Sequence record: PZ379594.1 | Source of the DNA: a phage | Length of the DNA: 52,616 bases | Strand: one strand, 5' to 3' | Shown: positions 28,024 to 37,931 of the stretch, piece by piece | Numbering within the stretch: the stretch's first letter is position 1 | Layout: every line of letters begins with the position of its first letter | Made by a program: the position numbers and the translations under genes | Notes under the pieces: model-generated | What the model saw: only the letters and a program-made list of their open reading frames with translations | Told to the model about the DNA's origin: nothing | Database searches by the model: none

Positions 28024-28497
28024 ATGCCAAAGCAAGATTGGTCTATTAATACTGGTGAAGCATATGCAGGTGAACAATATGGCCTGGCTACCACCAACTC
28101 CCAGCGCCTGACCTACGTTGCCGAAGAAGAAATGGCAAACTTTGGTCTGGCTGTTGTTCAAGGTACAGCTTCTAATCAGGTTAAACCTGGTATTGGTTCT
28201 GATGGCACTGTTCTGGGCATTACTATGCGCCAGATTAACATCGAATCCGCTACCCGTCCTGGTGACGGTACTGTTGCAATCAAAGTTGGCTGGCCTCTGG
28301 GTGTTATGCTGTCTGGCCCAATCATGGTCAAACTGAAAACTGCAATCACCGACAAGAACATTGGCGTATCCACTAAAGGCGAATTTGGCGGTGTTGGTGC
28401 TGGGTATACTAAAGCAACCAACCTGACTGCCCTGCGTTATCCGGCTTCCGCTGGCGATGTTGTCCCGGTCATGATTAACGTAGTCCCAAAGCCGTAA
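28024..28497 (+). CDS. head decoration/accessory protein, in-frame short form (157 aa)
   Basis: Small, highly expressed-looking ORF (E. coli-optimal codons) immediately upstream of the major capsid gene. Confidence 0.6.
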   Translation: MPKQDWSINTGEAYAGEQYGLATTNSQRLTYVAEEEMANFGLAVVQGTASNQVKPGIGSDGTVLGITMRQINIESATRPGDGTVAIKVGWPLGVMLSGPIMVKLKTAITDKNIGVSTKGEFGGVGAGYTKATNLTALRYPASAGDVVPVMINVVPKP

Positions 28498-28790
28498 CGC
28501 CACCTCCAGCCCCTACAGTATCTGCTGTAGCTGGGGTTGTAACGGCTGATGCGTCTTCTACTGATGCCACTGTAACTGTAGACAAGCTGTTCAAGTTTGA
28601 GAACTCTACAGCAACAGATTATAACTTCGCTGTTACACCTCCTGTGACTGGTGTTTCTGTGGCGGCAAACGGTACTGTGACTGTCTTGAATGAGACGACT
28701 ACAGAGACTTCTGCTACAATTAAGGCAACAAACAAAACAACCTCTAGCGTAACTGCGACCAAAGAAATTACCATTACGCCGAAGGCTTAA
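28024..28790 (+). CDS. head decoration protein, predicted -1 frameshift product with C-terminal Ig-like domain (~255 aa)
   Basis: The 99-codon -1 frame extension has no start codon and translates to a T/V/A/S-rich Ig-like (Big_2-type) sequence. Confidence 0.5.
28485..28491 (+). other. candidate -1 programmed frameshift site C_CCA_AAG
   Basis: XXXYYYZ heptamer in the zero frame, 4 nt before the stop; the -1 frame is open from 28479 to 28790; imperfect GC stem-loop at about 28509-28536. Confidence 0.5.
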
Positions 28791-28798
28791 GTTGCAAT

Positions 28799-28819
28799 GG
28801 CGCAATTAATGGTTGCGCC
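28799..28819 (+). other. stem-loop GGCGCAA-TTAATGG-TTGCGCC between decoration and capsid genes
   Basis: 7-bp perfect inverted repeat; no U-tract. Confidence 0.3.
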
Positions 28820-28845
28820 TCATCAAACAAAACGGATTAATTTAC

Positions 28846-29853
28846 ATGCCTAAGATGATTAAACTGGCGGACGGTTCTGAATTTGAACTGAACGACGCTA
28901 TCACCCGTATTCAGGATTCTGGCACTGTTGTCCTGAATGACGACGATGCAGTATTCTTTCAACGCCAGCTTGAGTTCATTGAAGCTCAAACTTATGACAC
29001 CCTGTATCCAGAACTGGAAGCGCGTGCTGCTTTCGGTGTGGACACCACTGGTGGCGCTGGCGTAAACACTCTGACCTACCGTTCCTACAACCATGTAGGT
29101 AAAGCTCAGGTAATTAACGCCCGTGCAACCGACCTGCCGAAGTCCAGCATTTCTGGTAAAGAATACAGCATCCCTGTTAAATCAGTTGGTACTGCATTCG
29201 ACTACGATATTGACGAAGTAGCGTCTGCTGCTGTTACTGGCCTCCCGCTGGAAACTCGTAAAGCGAATGCTGCTATTCGTGGTTACGAGCAGTATGTTAA
29301 CTCTGCTGCATGGTACGGCGATAAAGCTAACGGCTTTGTTGGCTTCTTCGAAAACCCAGACATTACCAAAGCAACTGTTGCTCAGGGTGCTGGTGGTTCT
29401 ACCAAGTGGGCCGAGAAGACTCCGACCGAAGTTATTGCCGACCTGACTGCTGCTGTGTCTGCAATGTATGCTTCTACTCTGAAAATTATGCGCCCAGATG
29501 AAATCTGGATGCCTGTTGAGCATGAGCAGTACATCTTCAACACTGCACGTTCTGAACAGTCTGATAAGACGATTGGTCAGTTCTTCATTGACAACAACCA
29601 GTTCATCAACTCCCGCGATAAAATCAAGGGTCTGAACGCAATCAAAGGTCACGGCGATTCTGGCTCCGATTGCTTCGTTGTTGTTTGCCGCAATGCAATG
29701 GGCAACCGTACTTTCCGTCTGCGTGAGCCTCTGCCACTGACCTGGCAACCGGTACAGCTTCATGGTCTGGTTTATGAAGTTCCTGGCCGTGGTCGTTTCG
29801 CTGGCTTCCAAGCGATGTATCCGGCAGCAATCTCCATCAACTCCGGCATCTGA
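28846..29853 (+). CDS. major capsid protein
   Basis: Long ORF with E. coli-optimal codons after scaffold/decoration genes and followed by a strong hairpin; ATG at 28846 (listed TTG start 28813). Confidence 0.65.
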   Translation: MPKMIKLADGSEFELNDAITRIQDSGTVVLNDDDAVFFQRQLEFIEAQTYDTLYPELEARAAFGVDTTGGAGVNTLTYRSYNHVGKAQVINARATDLPKSSISGKEYSIPVKSVGTAFDYDIDEVASAAVTGLPLETRKANAAIRGYEQYVNSAAWYGDKANGFVGFFENPDITKATVAQGAGGSTKWAEKTPTEVIADLTAAVSAMYASTLKIMRPDEIWMPVEHEQYIFNTARSEQSDKTIGQFFIDNNQFINSRDKIKGLNAIKGHGDSGSDCFVVVCRNAMGNRTFRLREPLPLTWQPVQLHGLVYEVPGRGRFAGFQAMYPAAISINSGI

Positions 29854-29859
29854 TAAATA

Positions 29860-29879
29860 GGGCGGGACTGTTCTCGCCC
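29860..29879 (+). terminator. strong stem-loop after the capsid gene (GGGCGGGA-CTGT-TCTCGCCC)
   Basis: 8-bp GC-rich stem just after the stop; lacks a clean U-tract. Confidence 0.4.
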
Positions 29880-29899
29880 ATAACTTAAGAGAAATAGTA

Positions 29900-30340
29900 A
29901 TGCAGATTAAGAACAACGAATCACGCAACCTTCAATTCTTCTTCTATAAGAAGGGAAAGTCTGGCAAATCTGAGCTGGACTTTGTTCACATTCCTGGTGG
30001 CGCAACTGTAGAAATCGATGACGAAATCTACAAATCTCTTACGGCATCTCTGACGGAAGTTGAAGAACTGCGCGAAGAAGTGGTTCCGCTTGATGACGAG
30101 AATATCGGTGCTTCTGTTAAGACTGGTAAAGAAGCTCTTGTCATTAAAGAGTATTACAGCACTGGCAAAACTCGCAAAGTCAACCTGGTTAAAGAAGCAA
30201 TCAAAGCTGGTTCTCTTACCATTGTTGAACGTGTGAAAGTTGGTATGCCTGACATTGATGCTATTCTGACTAAGAATGGTATTGATATCAAAGGTATGCA
30301 GGAAGACGTTAAACTGGCACTCTACGATAAGTTGGCGTAA
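29900..30340 (+). CDS. head-tail joining/structural protein (146 aa)
   Basis: Position between capsid and tail genes. Confidence 0.5.
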   Translation: MQIKNNESRNLQFFFYKKGKSGKSELDFVHIPGGATVEIDDEIYKSLTASLTEVEELREEVVPLDDENIGASVKTGKEALVIKEYYSTGKTRKVNLVKEAIKAGSLTIVERVKVGMPDIDAILTKNGIDIKGMQEDVKLALYDKLA

Positions 30341-30730
30341 ATGATAACACTAACCGATTTGGTGAAACGTTATCCGGCTATGGCTGACATGACCCAAGCA
30401 CGTTTTGACATTTTAGTTGAAGATGCAAAACTTGTGATGGGAACAATCGAATCGCGTTGGTGTGGGTTTTATGACCCAGCTATGGCATCACTTGTCGCGC
30501 ACTGGTCTTCAACAATTGATGACTTAATGCCTGGTGATGCCGCAATGCCAGCTATGCCTGTAAGTCGTACTGATGTGGACGATGTGCAGGTAGAGTTCAG
30601 CGACCGAATCATTTCGACTATCCCATATATCGAAGCTGATTTCATGTCAACCGTGTACGGTCAACGTTATTTACAATGGCGGCGCATGGCATTTGCTGGG
30701 CCGAGGGTAAGCCCTGGGTCACAGTTTTGA
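30341..30730 (+). CDS. head-tail adaptor/structural protein (129 aa)
   Basis: ATG directly after the upstream stop. Confidence 0.5.
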   Translation: MITLTDLVKRYPAMADMTQARFDILVEDAKLVMGTIESRWCGFYDPAMASLVAHWSSTIDDLMPGDAAMPAMPVSRTDVDDVQVEFSDRIISTIPYIEADFMSTVYGQRYLQWRRMAFAGPRVSPGSQF

Positions 30731-31092
30731 TTAATCAACGCCTAGCTTTCAACAGGTACACGACCACGGGTCGTCCTACTCTTGCAGTATATGTAGAGGG
30801 TCACTACGACAATCTTAATAATTGGGTGGAAGATTCTTGGGAACCTCCAAAGAAATTCCGCTGTACTCCTATTGCATATGGGGACAGGGATTCTGGCGTA
30901 GCTGGCCAACAGCTTAAAGCAACGGATGTTGGTGAGCGTCAACCAGCATTCATGAAGATTCATAGTCGTACTGAGATGCCGATGAAATCAATCATCACTG
31001 TTTATGGCATTCAGTATAAAGTTATAGCAATAAACGATTATGAAGATGCCGGATTCTTCTCTGTAATTGCTGCACGCGTACTGGAGAAGTGA
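30676..31092 (+). CDS. structural protein (start uncertain; TTG at 30727 possible)
   Basis: The listed start overlaps the upstream gene by 55 nt. Confidence 0.45.
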   Translation: MAAHGICWAEGKPWVTVLINQRLAFNRYTTTGRPTLAVYVEGHYDNLNNWVEDSWEPPKKFRCTPIAYGDRDSGVAGQQLKATDVGERQPAFMKIHSRTEMPMKSIITVYGIQYKVIAINDYEDAGFFSVIAARVLEK

Positions 31093-31607
31093 TGGATATT
31101 CGACTCGAAGAACTACAATCCATGAAGGAGATTGTAGATGTGTGTGTAGGTATTCCGAAGTTTACCTACAACATGCAAATTAATGCTCCCAGACCTCATG
31201 GTGAGTATGCCGCAATCAAATGTCTATCAAGCACCAATCCGGGTTTTGACGAAAACAGAATAGTAACCATTAACGGTGAAGAGATGTTTCGTACCCGTGG
31301 CGTGCGCATCCTGACGTTTGCAATAATGTTTTCTCGTGAGGGTGATGAATTTATCAAGTTTGATAATTCGTTTTACCGTCCCGATGTTCAAGCCAAATTG
31401 AAGCAGGAGAAGTTTGCTGCTCTTGGTAAAGAACCTTTAAATCTTGCCACCATACAAATGGAAACCAATTGGGAAGTTCGCCAAGCGGTTAAAATGCAAT
31501 TCAATATTATACGTGAAGATTTGAGTCCCATTGGGGTCATGTCTGGCGCATATGTTGGTGGCAACTTCTATGATGGTAATTCACTCATCACAACCAAAAA
31601 GGTTTAA
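31092..31607 (+). CDS. tail completion/structural protein (~171 aa)
   Basis: ATG at 31092 overlapping the upstream stop; GGAG 5 nt upstream. Confidence 0.5.
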   Translation: MDIRLEELQSMKEIVDVCVGIPKFTYNMQINAPRPHGEYAAIKCLSSTNPGFDENRIVTINGEEMFRTRGVRILTFAIMFSREGDEFIKFDNSFYRPDVQAKLKQEKFAALGKEPLNLATIQMETNWEVRQAVKMQFNIIREDLSPIGVMSGAYVGGNFYDGNSLITTKKV

Positions 31608-31609
31608 TA

Positions 31610-33058
31610 ATGTCAATCCCAATTTCTGACTTAGTTCAGGTTGATATCGCAATCTCCCCGAACGCCATTGCGACTGATGGTTTTGGGCCATTGCTCTTCA
31701 TGAGCAAAGAGTTTGTACCATCTGTTGATATATATCCAGTTCGTTCTTACACCAGTTTGAAAGAAGTTCTGGCAGATTTCCCTGGTGGCGAGATTGCCAA
31801 AGCTGCTACTACTTGGTACTCGCAGAAACCGACTCCGAAGACTTTCCTGGTCGGCGCTATCAAGAATGATACAATGACTCCAGCAACTCCTGCCACTGTT
31901 ACTGCTGCATCTGCTGGTGTACTGTCAACGATTAAGCTGGAAACTGCTGCAACCCTACAGCTGAGTGTTAGTGGTGTTCAGTATGTCACTGACCCGATTA
32001 ACTTCTCCTCTGCTGGAGACTTTGAAGAAGTTGCAACCCTGGTAACTACTGCACTGTCTTCTGTTGGTGCTGGCGTAACTGTTACTCAAGATGCTGGCAA
32101 GTTTAAACTGACTACTTCTGCAACTGGCGCTAACGCAACTATCAGCAACGTTGGTGGTAAAGTTGGGGAAGTGTTGAAGCTGCAATCTTCCGACAATGCA
32201 GTCACGGTTGATGGCAAGAACGAGTTGTCTATTTCCTCCGACCTGGCTGCCATTGCGGATGCTCCATTTAACTTCTTCTATGTAGGTCTTGACCGCAAAT
32301 ATCGTGGCAAGTCTACTCCGGTAGACAACCAAATGTCTGTGGCGAAGTGGTGTGAAGCATCTAGCAAAGTATTTGGCTGGGGCGACAGCGACAAGAATAT
32401 TCTTATCAACGGTACTAACAACAGCTTCCGCCGTGCTAAGAACCAGAATCTGCGTAACACTTTGTGTGTTTACGATGCTTCTACAAATGGTGACGAATAT
32501 CCGGAAATTTCTATTCTGGGTCGTGCATCAACTGTCAACTTTAATGTTGCAAACTCTGTCCTCACTCTGGCATACAAGAAAGGTCCAGGTGTTGCCACTG
32601 CTGACTTATCTTCTGGTCAGTTGAGCGCACTACTTTCTTGTGGTGGTAACGCATTCATCTCCGTTGCTGGCAACGTAATGTTCTACAACGGCCGCATGGC
32701 TGACGGTACGTGGTTCGACTCCGTACAAGGTGTTGAATGGCTTACTCAGAAAGTTCGACTGAATGTGTTCAACTTGTTCTACACCTCCAATACCAAGATT
32801 CCTTGGACGGACACTGGTGTAGCGATGGTTAACCAGCAAGTGACCCTGGCGCTCGAACTCGCCAAGACTAACGGCCTCATTGCCCCTGGCTACGATAACG
32901 AAGGCGTCTTCTACCCAGAAGGCTACAAAGTTATCTCCACTCCGTTAGAACTCTTGCAGTCGCAGAAGGGTGAACGTATTTGGGAAGGTACTTCCTTTAT
33001 TGCTATCGGTTCCGGTGCAATCCAGGGTGCTGTAATCTCTGGCAACTTCATTCAGTAA
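31610..33058 (+). CDS. tail sheath protein (candidate)
   Basis: 482-aa ORF directly upstream of a ~150-aa tube-like ORF, a chaperone pair and the tape measure. Confidence 0.55.
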   Translation: MSIPISDLVQVDIAISPNAIATDGFGPLLFMSKEFVPSVDIYPVRSYTSLKEVLADFPGGEIAKAATTWYSQKPTPKTFLVGAIKNDTMTPATPATVTAASAGVLSTIKLETAATLQLSVSGVQYVTDPINFSSAGDFEEVATLVTTALSSVGAGVTVTQDAGKFKLTTSATGANATISNVGGKVGEVLKLQSSDNAVTVDGKNELSISSDLAAIADAPFNFFYVGLDRKYRGKSTPVDNQMSVAKWCEASSKVFGWGDSDKNILINGTNNSFRRAKNQNLRNTLCVYDASTNGDEYPEISILGRASTVNFNVANSVLTLAYKKGPGVATADLSSGQLSALLSCGGNAFISVAGNVMFYNGRMADGTWFDSVQGVEWLTQKVRLNVFNLFYTSNTKIPWTDTGVAMVNQQVTLALELAKTNGLIAPGYDNEGVFYPEGYKVISTPLELLQSQKGERIWEGTSFIAIGSGAIQGAVISGNFIQ

Positions 33059-33067
33059 GGGTGAACA

Positions 33068-33523
33068 GTGAAGCAATATTCGTTTTATAATACAGACCTC
33101 CTGATTGACGGTGCTCGTGTAGACGGTTTTCAGGCAGGGCAATCTGTAATTACGGCACGCTACAACGTGCCACAACATGTTCCTGTAATGGATGCTTACG
33201 GCAAACTTGCTGTAGCAACCACTGCTGACCAGTCTGGGGTTATTACTTTCCCTCTGCTGCAAACGGCAGACTGGAATGAAATTCTGTATCAACGTGCACA
33301 GCTTACTCGTGCAACTGGCCTGTCTGGTAACAAATCCCTGTGGGAACCTTTGCAGATTCAGTTGGTGGATAAGATGGGCGACGTTCTGGTTAACGGTGTT
33401 AACGGTGCAATCCTGCAACAGCCTGCTATTGTTCGTGGTGTAACCTTTACATCCAACATGTGGGCTATCTTTGTAGAGCGCCTTACCATCGTAACTGGCC
33501 AGTATCCAGAAATCGGCGTATAA
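33068..33523 (+). CDS. tail tube protein (candidate)
   Basis: GTG start with AAGGG RBS; size and position between sheath and chaperone. Confidence 0.5.
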   Translation: MKQYSFYNTDLLIDGARVDGFQAGQSVITARYNVPQHVPVMDAYGKLAVATTADQSGVITFPLLQTADWNEILYQRAQLTRATGLSGNKSLWEPLQIQLVDKMGDVLVNGVNGAILQQPAIVRGVTFTSNMWAIFVERLTIVTGQYPEIGV

Positions 33524-33538
33524 CATTAAGGTAAGAGC

Positions 33539-33997
33539 ATGGCTTGTGAACTTCGTCAACGCGAGTTACAAGCCGACTCTGGTGATGTAGTCTTGGTTGG
33601 TACTCGTCAATTGAGTGCCAGCCAAGCTCTTGACCTACAAGTCGAGCTTGTTCAGAAACTTGGAACTTCAATCTTCCCATTCGTTGAGAATAAATATAAC
33701 TTTGCAGACATTATTTATTTAATGCAGCAAGGTGGGACGAGTAACGGAGTAACAGAATTAATTAAACGTGTAGTGTGCATGGCAACCATTGATGGTGTCG
33801 AAGTTACTCCACGCACTATGCAAATGAAATACAACGGCAACTTGATGCTTATGCACCATGTGTTTGCATTTGTTTTGGAATCGAACTTCCTTGATTTTTT
33901 CAAGCAAGGGCTCGAACTCAACGAACGCAGACGATTGGAGGCGGTGGAAGCATCCAAGATGGCCGAGCAGAAGAATTCGAGTCCGGAAACGATTTAA
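33539..33997 (+). CDS. tail assembly chaperone, in-frame short form
   Basis: 152-aa ORF immediately upstream of the tape measure; contains the slippery site. Confidence 0.6.
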   Translation: MACELRQRELQADSGDVVLVGTRQLSASQALDLQVELVQKLGTSIFPFVENKYNFADIIYLMQQGGTSNGVTELIKRVVCMATIDGVEVTPRTMQMKYNGNLMLMHHVFAFVLESNFLDFFKQGLELNERRRLEAVEASKMAEQKNSSPETI

Positions 33998-34170
33998 CTG
34001 CAAAGTTCCCGGAAATAAAATACTTCTTGCACCGTCCTGTAATAGAGGACAGTTCACTCTGTTCTCTTAAAGAGTTACAAGATGGGACCTACTCTATTAT
34101 GGATTTGTTGACCTTCCACGCAATACTCGATTTGCGTAACGAATTAAAACCTAAAGAAGAAGACAATGGC
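33539..34170 (+). CDS. tail assembly chaperone, predicted -1 frameshift long form (G-T-like, ~210 aa)
   Basis: Canonical G/GT (P2 E/E') arrangement: the -1 frame opens at the slippery heptamer and ends at the tape-measure start. Confidence 0.55.
33895..33901 (+). other. candidate -1 programmed frameshift site T_TTT_TTC
   Basis: Heptamer in the chaperone zero frame (GAT TTT TTC); the -1 frame has a stop at 33892-33894 and is then open for 92 codons to 34170, 4 nt past the tape-measure ATG. Confidence 0.6.
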
Positions 34171-37100
34171 TAATAACATAAAAGATTTGATGAGAATGTC
34201 CGAAGCCGAATTGATTGGCTTAGGCGCTCAATATGGTCTGTCGTTCAATCCAGGTATGCGCAAACGAGATATGGCACAGCAACTTGAATCAAGTGCTGCA
34301 TCTGGTTGGATGGAAACAAATTCGCAGCTTATGGAAGAAACTCATACAGAAGATGATGGCATCTCTTATGGCACTTCCGACATGATTTCAGACTCAGCCC
34401 ACATTGCACAGATGATTTCTGGCGCTGGGCTGACTGAAACATTCCATGCTGCAATGAACGGTCCAAGTCACCATGTAGAAGCTATTCATGCCTACATGGA
34501 GAAATTAGGTGTATCCGCCGATGATGTGTGGATGCACATGCCCAAAGCAAACCCGAACAAACCGGAAGGTCATTGGGGAATGCTTAATGCGTACATGCGT
34601 GATACGCTGACAGGCCATCAAGATATAATGCCAGAGCTTCCTGGACATTATTCAGGCGACATTATGGGCGAGTATTCCACAAACCGTGGAGATATTGCCA
34701 AGTCGTTCGGCTATCTTGCCCACATGTATGTTGACCGTGAACAGTACGACAACCCAGACCGCTATGCACGAGATGTTTATCGTGTAGCCAAACGTTTAGA
34801 ATCAGAATTGCCGCAAAACTTCCGAGAAGTTGCTGCGGTATCTGCAATGAATGTAGGAAATAAGTCGGGGCCAAAACTTTCATACATGGATTCATTGCCT
34901 AAACTTGGCTCTGAGTCAATTGTTAGTGGTATCCAACACCCTAGACAGCCACTTAACGCATCTGGTTTACCACTTGGCTCATTTGGCAGCGGTATTAATG
35001 CCGAATACTCATTATCTGCATCCTTATCTGGCTCGCCAGGCTGGTCTGATGTAAGTAGGACTCTGTACCAAGATGTTTCTAGCGTAGTTAAGTCTGCGGC
35101 AAAGGTCTATTCTGGTGATTCTGAAAGAGGAATGAACGCGTACCGCACTCAATCTTCTGACAGAGATTTGATTCTTGATTCTGCTTCCCGGTATACAGAC
35201 CTTGCTGATGCTCGTTCTGGTTATGACAACTTGAAGAAAGATATTGGCGATGACCCACGTTATTCTGGTGCATCAATTCGCGGTGTACTTGAAAATGCTC
35301 ACCAATATAATGAGGCCGAAGTTACCAAAACATTCGACCCTGCTGAACGTTTAAGAAATACTGGACCTACTGAACTTGGTACATCCAGTGAGTTTACGGC
35401 AAATCTGAATGAACCGACAAGTTGGAACTCTGCAAGGGATAGAAGAGAAGCTATTGCTATTGCAAATCTCGATAGTGCTGGTGCTGGACAGCCTAGTTCG
35501 GTTAAATACCACAATGCGCTCGAACAAGGTACGCAGGAGTGGCTTGATTTTCGTAAGCAGTACGATATTACTGGCTCTACTATTGGTGATTATCTGGGCC
35601 ACAACCCCGCAACCAATAATAGCCCAATACATACAATGGGCGAGAAGATTGGCCTCACAGTAAGAAAGGATTCTCCACGAGCACGTGAGAACTTTGAGCG
35701 TGGTCATAGGCTGGAAGCATGGGCCAGGCCAAGAGTTGGTGAGAAGTACGGGGTTGAGATAACCGAAACTGGCGCAATCACTAACGATAATTACCCTGGT
35801 ATGATGTACTCGCCAGATGGATTAATTGGTGATGACGCTCTGTGGGAACATAAGGCTCCAAACAACTTTAAAGATTTGGAATCAACTCCTAACTACATGG
35901 ACCAGATGCAACTTGGTATGCTTCTGAGTGGTCGTAGTCGCACCCTGTTTACTCAAACTGTTGGCGAAGAATCTCGTAGCCAGTGGGTTGATGCTGACCC
36001 AACGTGGTTCGAACGTAACAAGAATAAGATTGCATCTTCACAAGCACGCATGAAAGCTGGTCGTGAGTTTATGGAAAGCTCTGACCTTGAGGGCAAAGAC
36101 CTTATTAATGCAACTCGTGAAGTTATGTCTGGTGGTGGCATCTGGGGATACCAGACTCGTGACCACAGGGAAGGTGAAGGATACACGGCTGGTAAGCGTG
36201 GAATGGCAAGGTACAGTGCTGCTGCTGGCACTGATGATGACCCGTTCTTAAGAAACCGCACCGATGCTGGAATTGGTGCTTCTACAGCATCTGCTGTTGG
36301 TGCTGATAGCACAACTGGCAATGACCTGATGGCAGTATCTGTCAAGAAAGGTATTCTCGCTGCACAGGAAGAAAACAAGCTGCGTGGACAAGATGCCGAC
36401 TTTGGTGGAAATGATGGTCGTGGTGGCGGAGGTGGCTTCTGGGATACATTTGATGCCAGCAGTTATGGTATCAGCGGAGGTGGTTCTGGTGGCGGCGGTC
36501 GTGGTGGTTGGAGAGTTGGCGGTAGCTTCTCAGATGACTTCGGTCGTGCTGGTGGAGCATTGGCTGCTGGCGTAGCTGGTGGCAGCATTGGTTCATTATC
36601 CAATGGCGCAATGAATGCCCTCATGATGACTCCTTGGGGTCGTGTAGCTGGCATGGCTATTGGTGCTGCCCAGATTGGAAACGAAGCTCTGGAAGGTCTG
36701 AACGACTTCTACGGCAATTCTTTAGATGCTGGTGTTAATAATCCTAACGAATATTCTTCCATGACTCAGGGCATGGAAATGTTGGGACTTAACTCACAAC
36801 AAGCCAATCGACTCAATCAAACCACACATAGTGCCTATAACACCCTCCTAAATGGCGACCCCAGCGGCGCTGTGAACATCGTTCAGGGAACCCGTGGTCT
36901 TATCACAATTGGCGACATTCGTGCGGCACAGGGCGACCCTGTGGCCCTAGCGCGGATAATGCGTGAGCGTGGTCAGGAACGGGGTTGGAGCCAGGCCCGT
37001 ATTGCTGGTGCAATGCAAATGGCTGGTCTGGACGGTATGGCTCGTGCCTATGACCGCACAGAATACAGCATGAGCGAGGCTGAGGCGAACGTTAAGCGCG

Positions 37101-37855
37101 GAGCCGACTCAAACTATGCCGAAGGCGTTGCACAGCTAGGAATCGCGCAGACGGAGCGTGCTGGCGTACTGCCTGGATACGCTGTTCCGCAAGCTGCAAT
37201 TTCATACGGCAGCACCTTTATTGAGGCAGGCGGCGATGCCGCTAGAACGATGCGTGTGGCCTCCAACGGTACAGCCGATGCAGCACGTAATGTTTATGAC
37301 TTTATCGCAGGAGAAGAGTCAGGGAACCGCGATTTTAACGCAGATGGTTCGGTAGTTACATCGCCAACTGGTGCTAAAGGTCGTATGCAAGTTCTTGATT
37401 CAACTTCTCGTGACCCTGGCTTTGGTGTTCGTCCTGCCAAAGATAACTCACTTGAAGAACGTGCCCGTGTTGGTCGTGACTATTACGATGCAATGCTTAA
37501 GCGATATAATGGTGACGCTGAGAAGGCTATGGCGGCGTACACAGATGGTGCCGGAACTGTTGATGATGCTATCAACAAACATGGGACCGACTGGCTGAAC
37601 GCTGTTCCACTACAGGCACAGAACCGTGTCAAGAAGTACCGCGAATGGGCTTCTCAGGGAGATTCTATTGCAGAAGGTGCAACTGGATTCACCAGAAACG
37701 GACTGTCCTATGGTCAGACACAGCCCACCATAGTTAACGTTGAAGTCAAAGCTACCGTGAACAACAAACAAGCGTCTGCAACCGTGTCAACTCCGAACGG
37801 TCAAACTGTTACCCAAACAATCAACATGGGTAATGGTGCAATGGAACGCAGATAA
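34166..37855 (+). CDS. tail tape measure protein with C-terminal lytic transglycosylase-like domain
   Basis: 1229-aa ORF after the chaperone; Gly-rich segments; SLT-like block EESGNRDFNADGSVVTSPTGAKGRMQV...AYTDGAG. Confidence 0.75.
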   Translation: MANNIKDLMRMSEAELIGLGAQYGLSFNPGMRKRDMAQQLESSAASGWMETNSQLMEETHTEDDGISYGTSDMISDSAHIAQMISGAGLTETFHAAMNGPSHHVEAIHAYMEKLGVSADDVWMHMPKANPNKPEGHWGMLNAYMRDTLTGHQDIMPELPGHYSGDIMGEYSTNRGDIAKSFGYLAHMYVDREQYDNPDRYARDVYRVAKRLESELPQNFREVAAVSAMNVGNKSGPKLSYMDSLPKLGSESIVSGIQHPRQPLNASGLPLGSFGSGINAEYSLSASLSGSPGWSDVSRTLYQDVSSVVKSAAKVYSGDSERGMNAYRTQSSDRDLILDSASRYTDLADARSGYDNLKKDIGDDPRYSGASIRGVLENAHQYNEAEVTKTFDPAERLRNTGPTELGTSSEFTANLNEPTSWNSARDRREAIAIANLDSAGAGQPSSVKYHNALEQGTQEWLDFRKQYDITGSTIGDYLGHNPATNNSPIHTMGEKIGLTVRKDSPRARENFERGHRLEAWARPRVGEKYGVEITETGAITNDNYPGMMYSPDGLIGDDALWEHKAPNNFKDLESTPNYMDQMQLGMLLSGRSRTLFTQTVGEESRSQWVDADPTWFERNKNKIASSQARMKAGREFMESSDLEGKDLINATREVMSGGGIWGYQTRDHREGEGYTAGKRGMARYSAAAGTDDDPFLRNRTDAGIGASTASAVGADSTTGNDLMAVSVKKGILAAQEENKLRGQDADFGGNDGRGGGGGFWDTFDASSYGISGGGSGGGGRGGWRVGGSFSDDFGRAGGALAAGVAGGSIGSLSNGAMNALMMTPWGRVAGMAIGAAQIGNEALEGLNDFYGNSLDAGVNNPNEYSSMTQGMEMLGLNSQQANRLNQTTHSAYNTLLNGDPSGAVNIVQGTRGLITIGDIRAAQGDPVALARIMRERGQERGWSQARIAGAMQMAGLDGMARAYDRTEYSMSEAEANVKRGADSNYAEGVAQLGIAQTERAGVLPGYAVPQAAISYGSTFIEAGGDAARTMRVASNGTADAARNVYDFIAGEESGNRDFNADGSVVTSPTGAKGRMQVLDSTSRDPGFGVRPAKDNSLEERARVGRDYYDAMLKRYNGDAEKAMAAYTDGAGTVDDAINKHGTDWLNAVPLQAQNRVKKYREWASQGDSIAEGATGFTRNGLSYGQTQPTIVNVEVKATVNNKQASATVSTPNGQTVTQTINMGNGAMERR

Positions 37856-37860
37856 GAAAG

Positions 37861-37890
37861 TGCCGGGATTTAATCTCGGCATTCTTCTTT
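37861..37890 (+). terminator. intrinsic terminator-like hairpin (GCCGGGA-TTTAA-TCTCGGC + ATTCTTCTTT)
   Basis: 7-bp stem with one G-U pair followed by a U-rich tract. Confidence 0.5.
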
Positions 37891-37931
37891 AACATTATTT
37901 GAATATGTATTAATTTCAATAGGTGTATAAC

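Noticed and set aside
33858-34070. ORF 33858..34070 (+, 70 aa) between the chaperone and tape measure
   Set aside because: It is in the third frame, overlapping the chaperone 3' end; the frame that opens at the slippery heptamer and ends at the tape-measure start is the biologically sensible one.
36384-36654. Short ORFs inside the Gly-rich part of the tape measure (36384..36575 +, 36463..36654 -)
   Set aside because: Low-complexity GGT/GGC-repeat DNA generates open frames on every strand; the in-frame tape measure is continuous.
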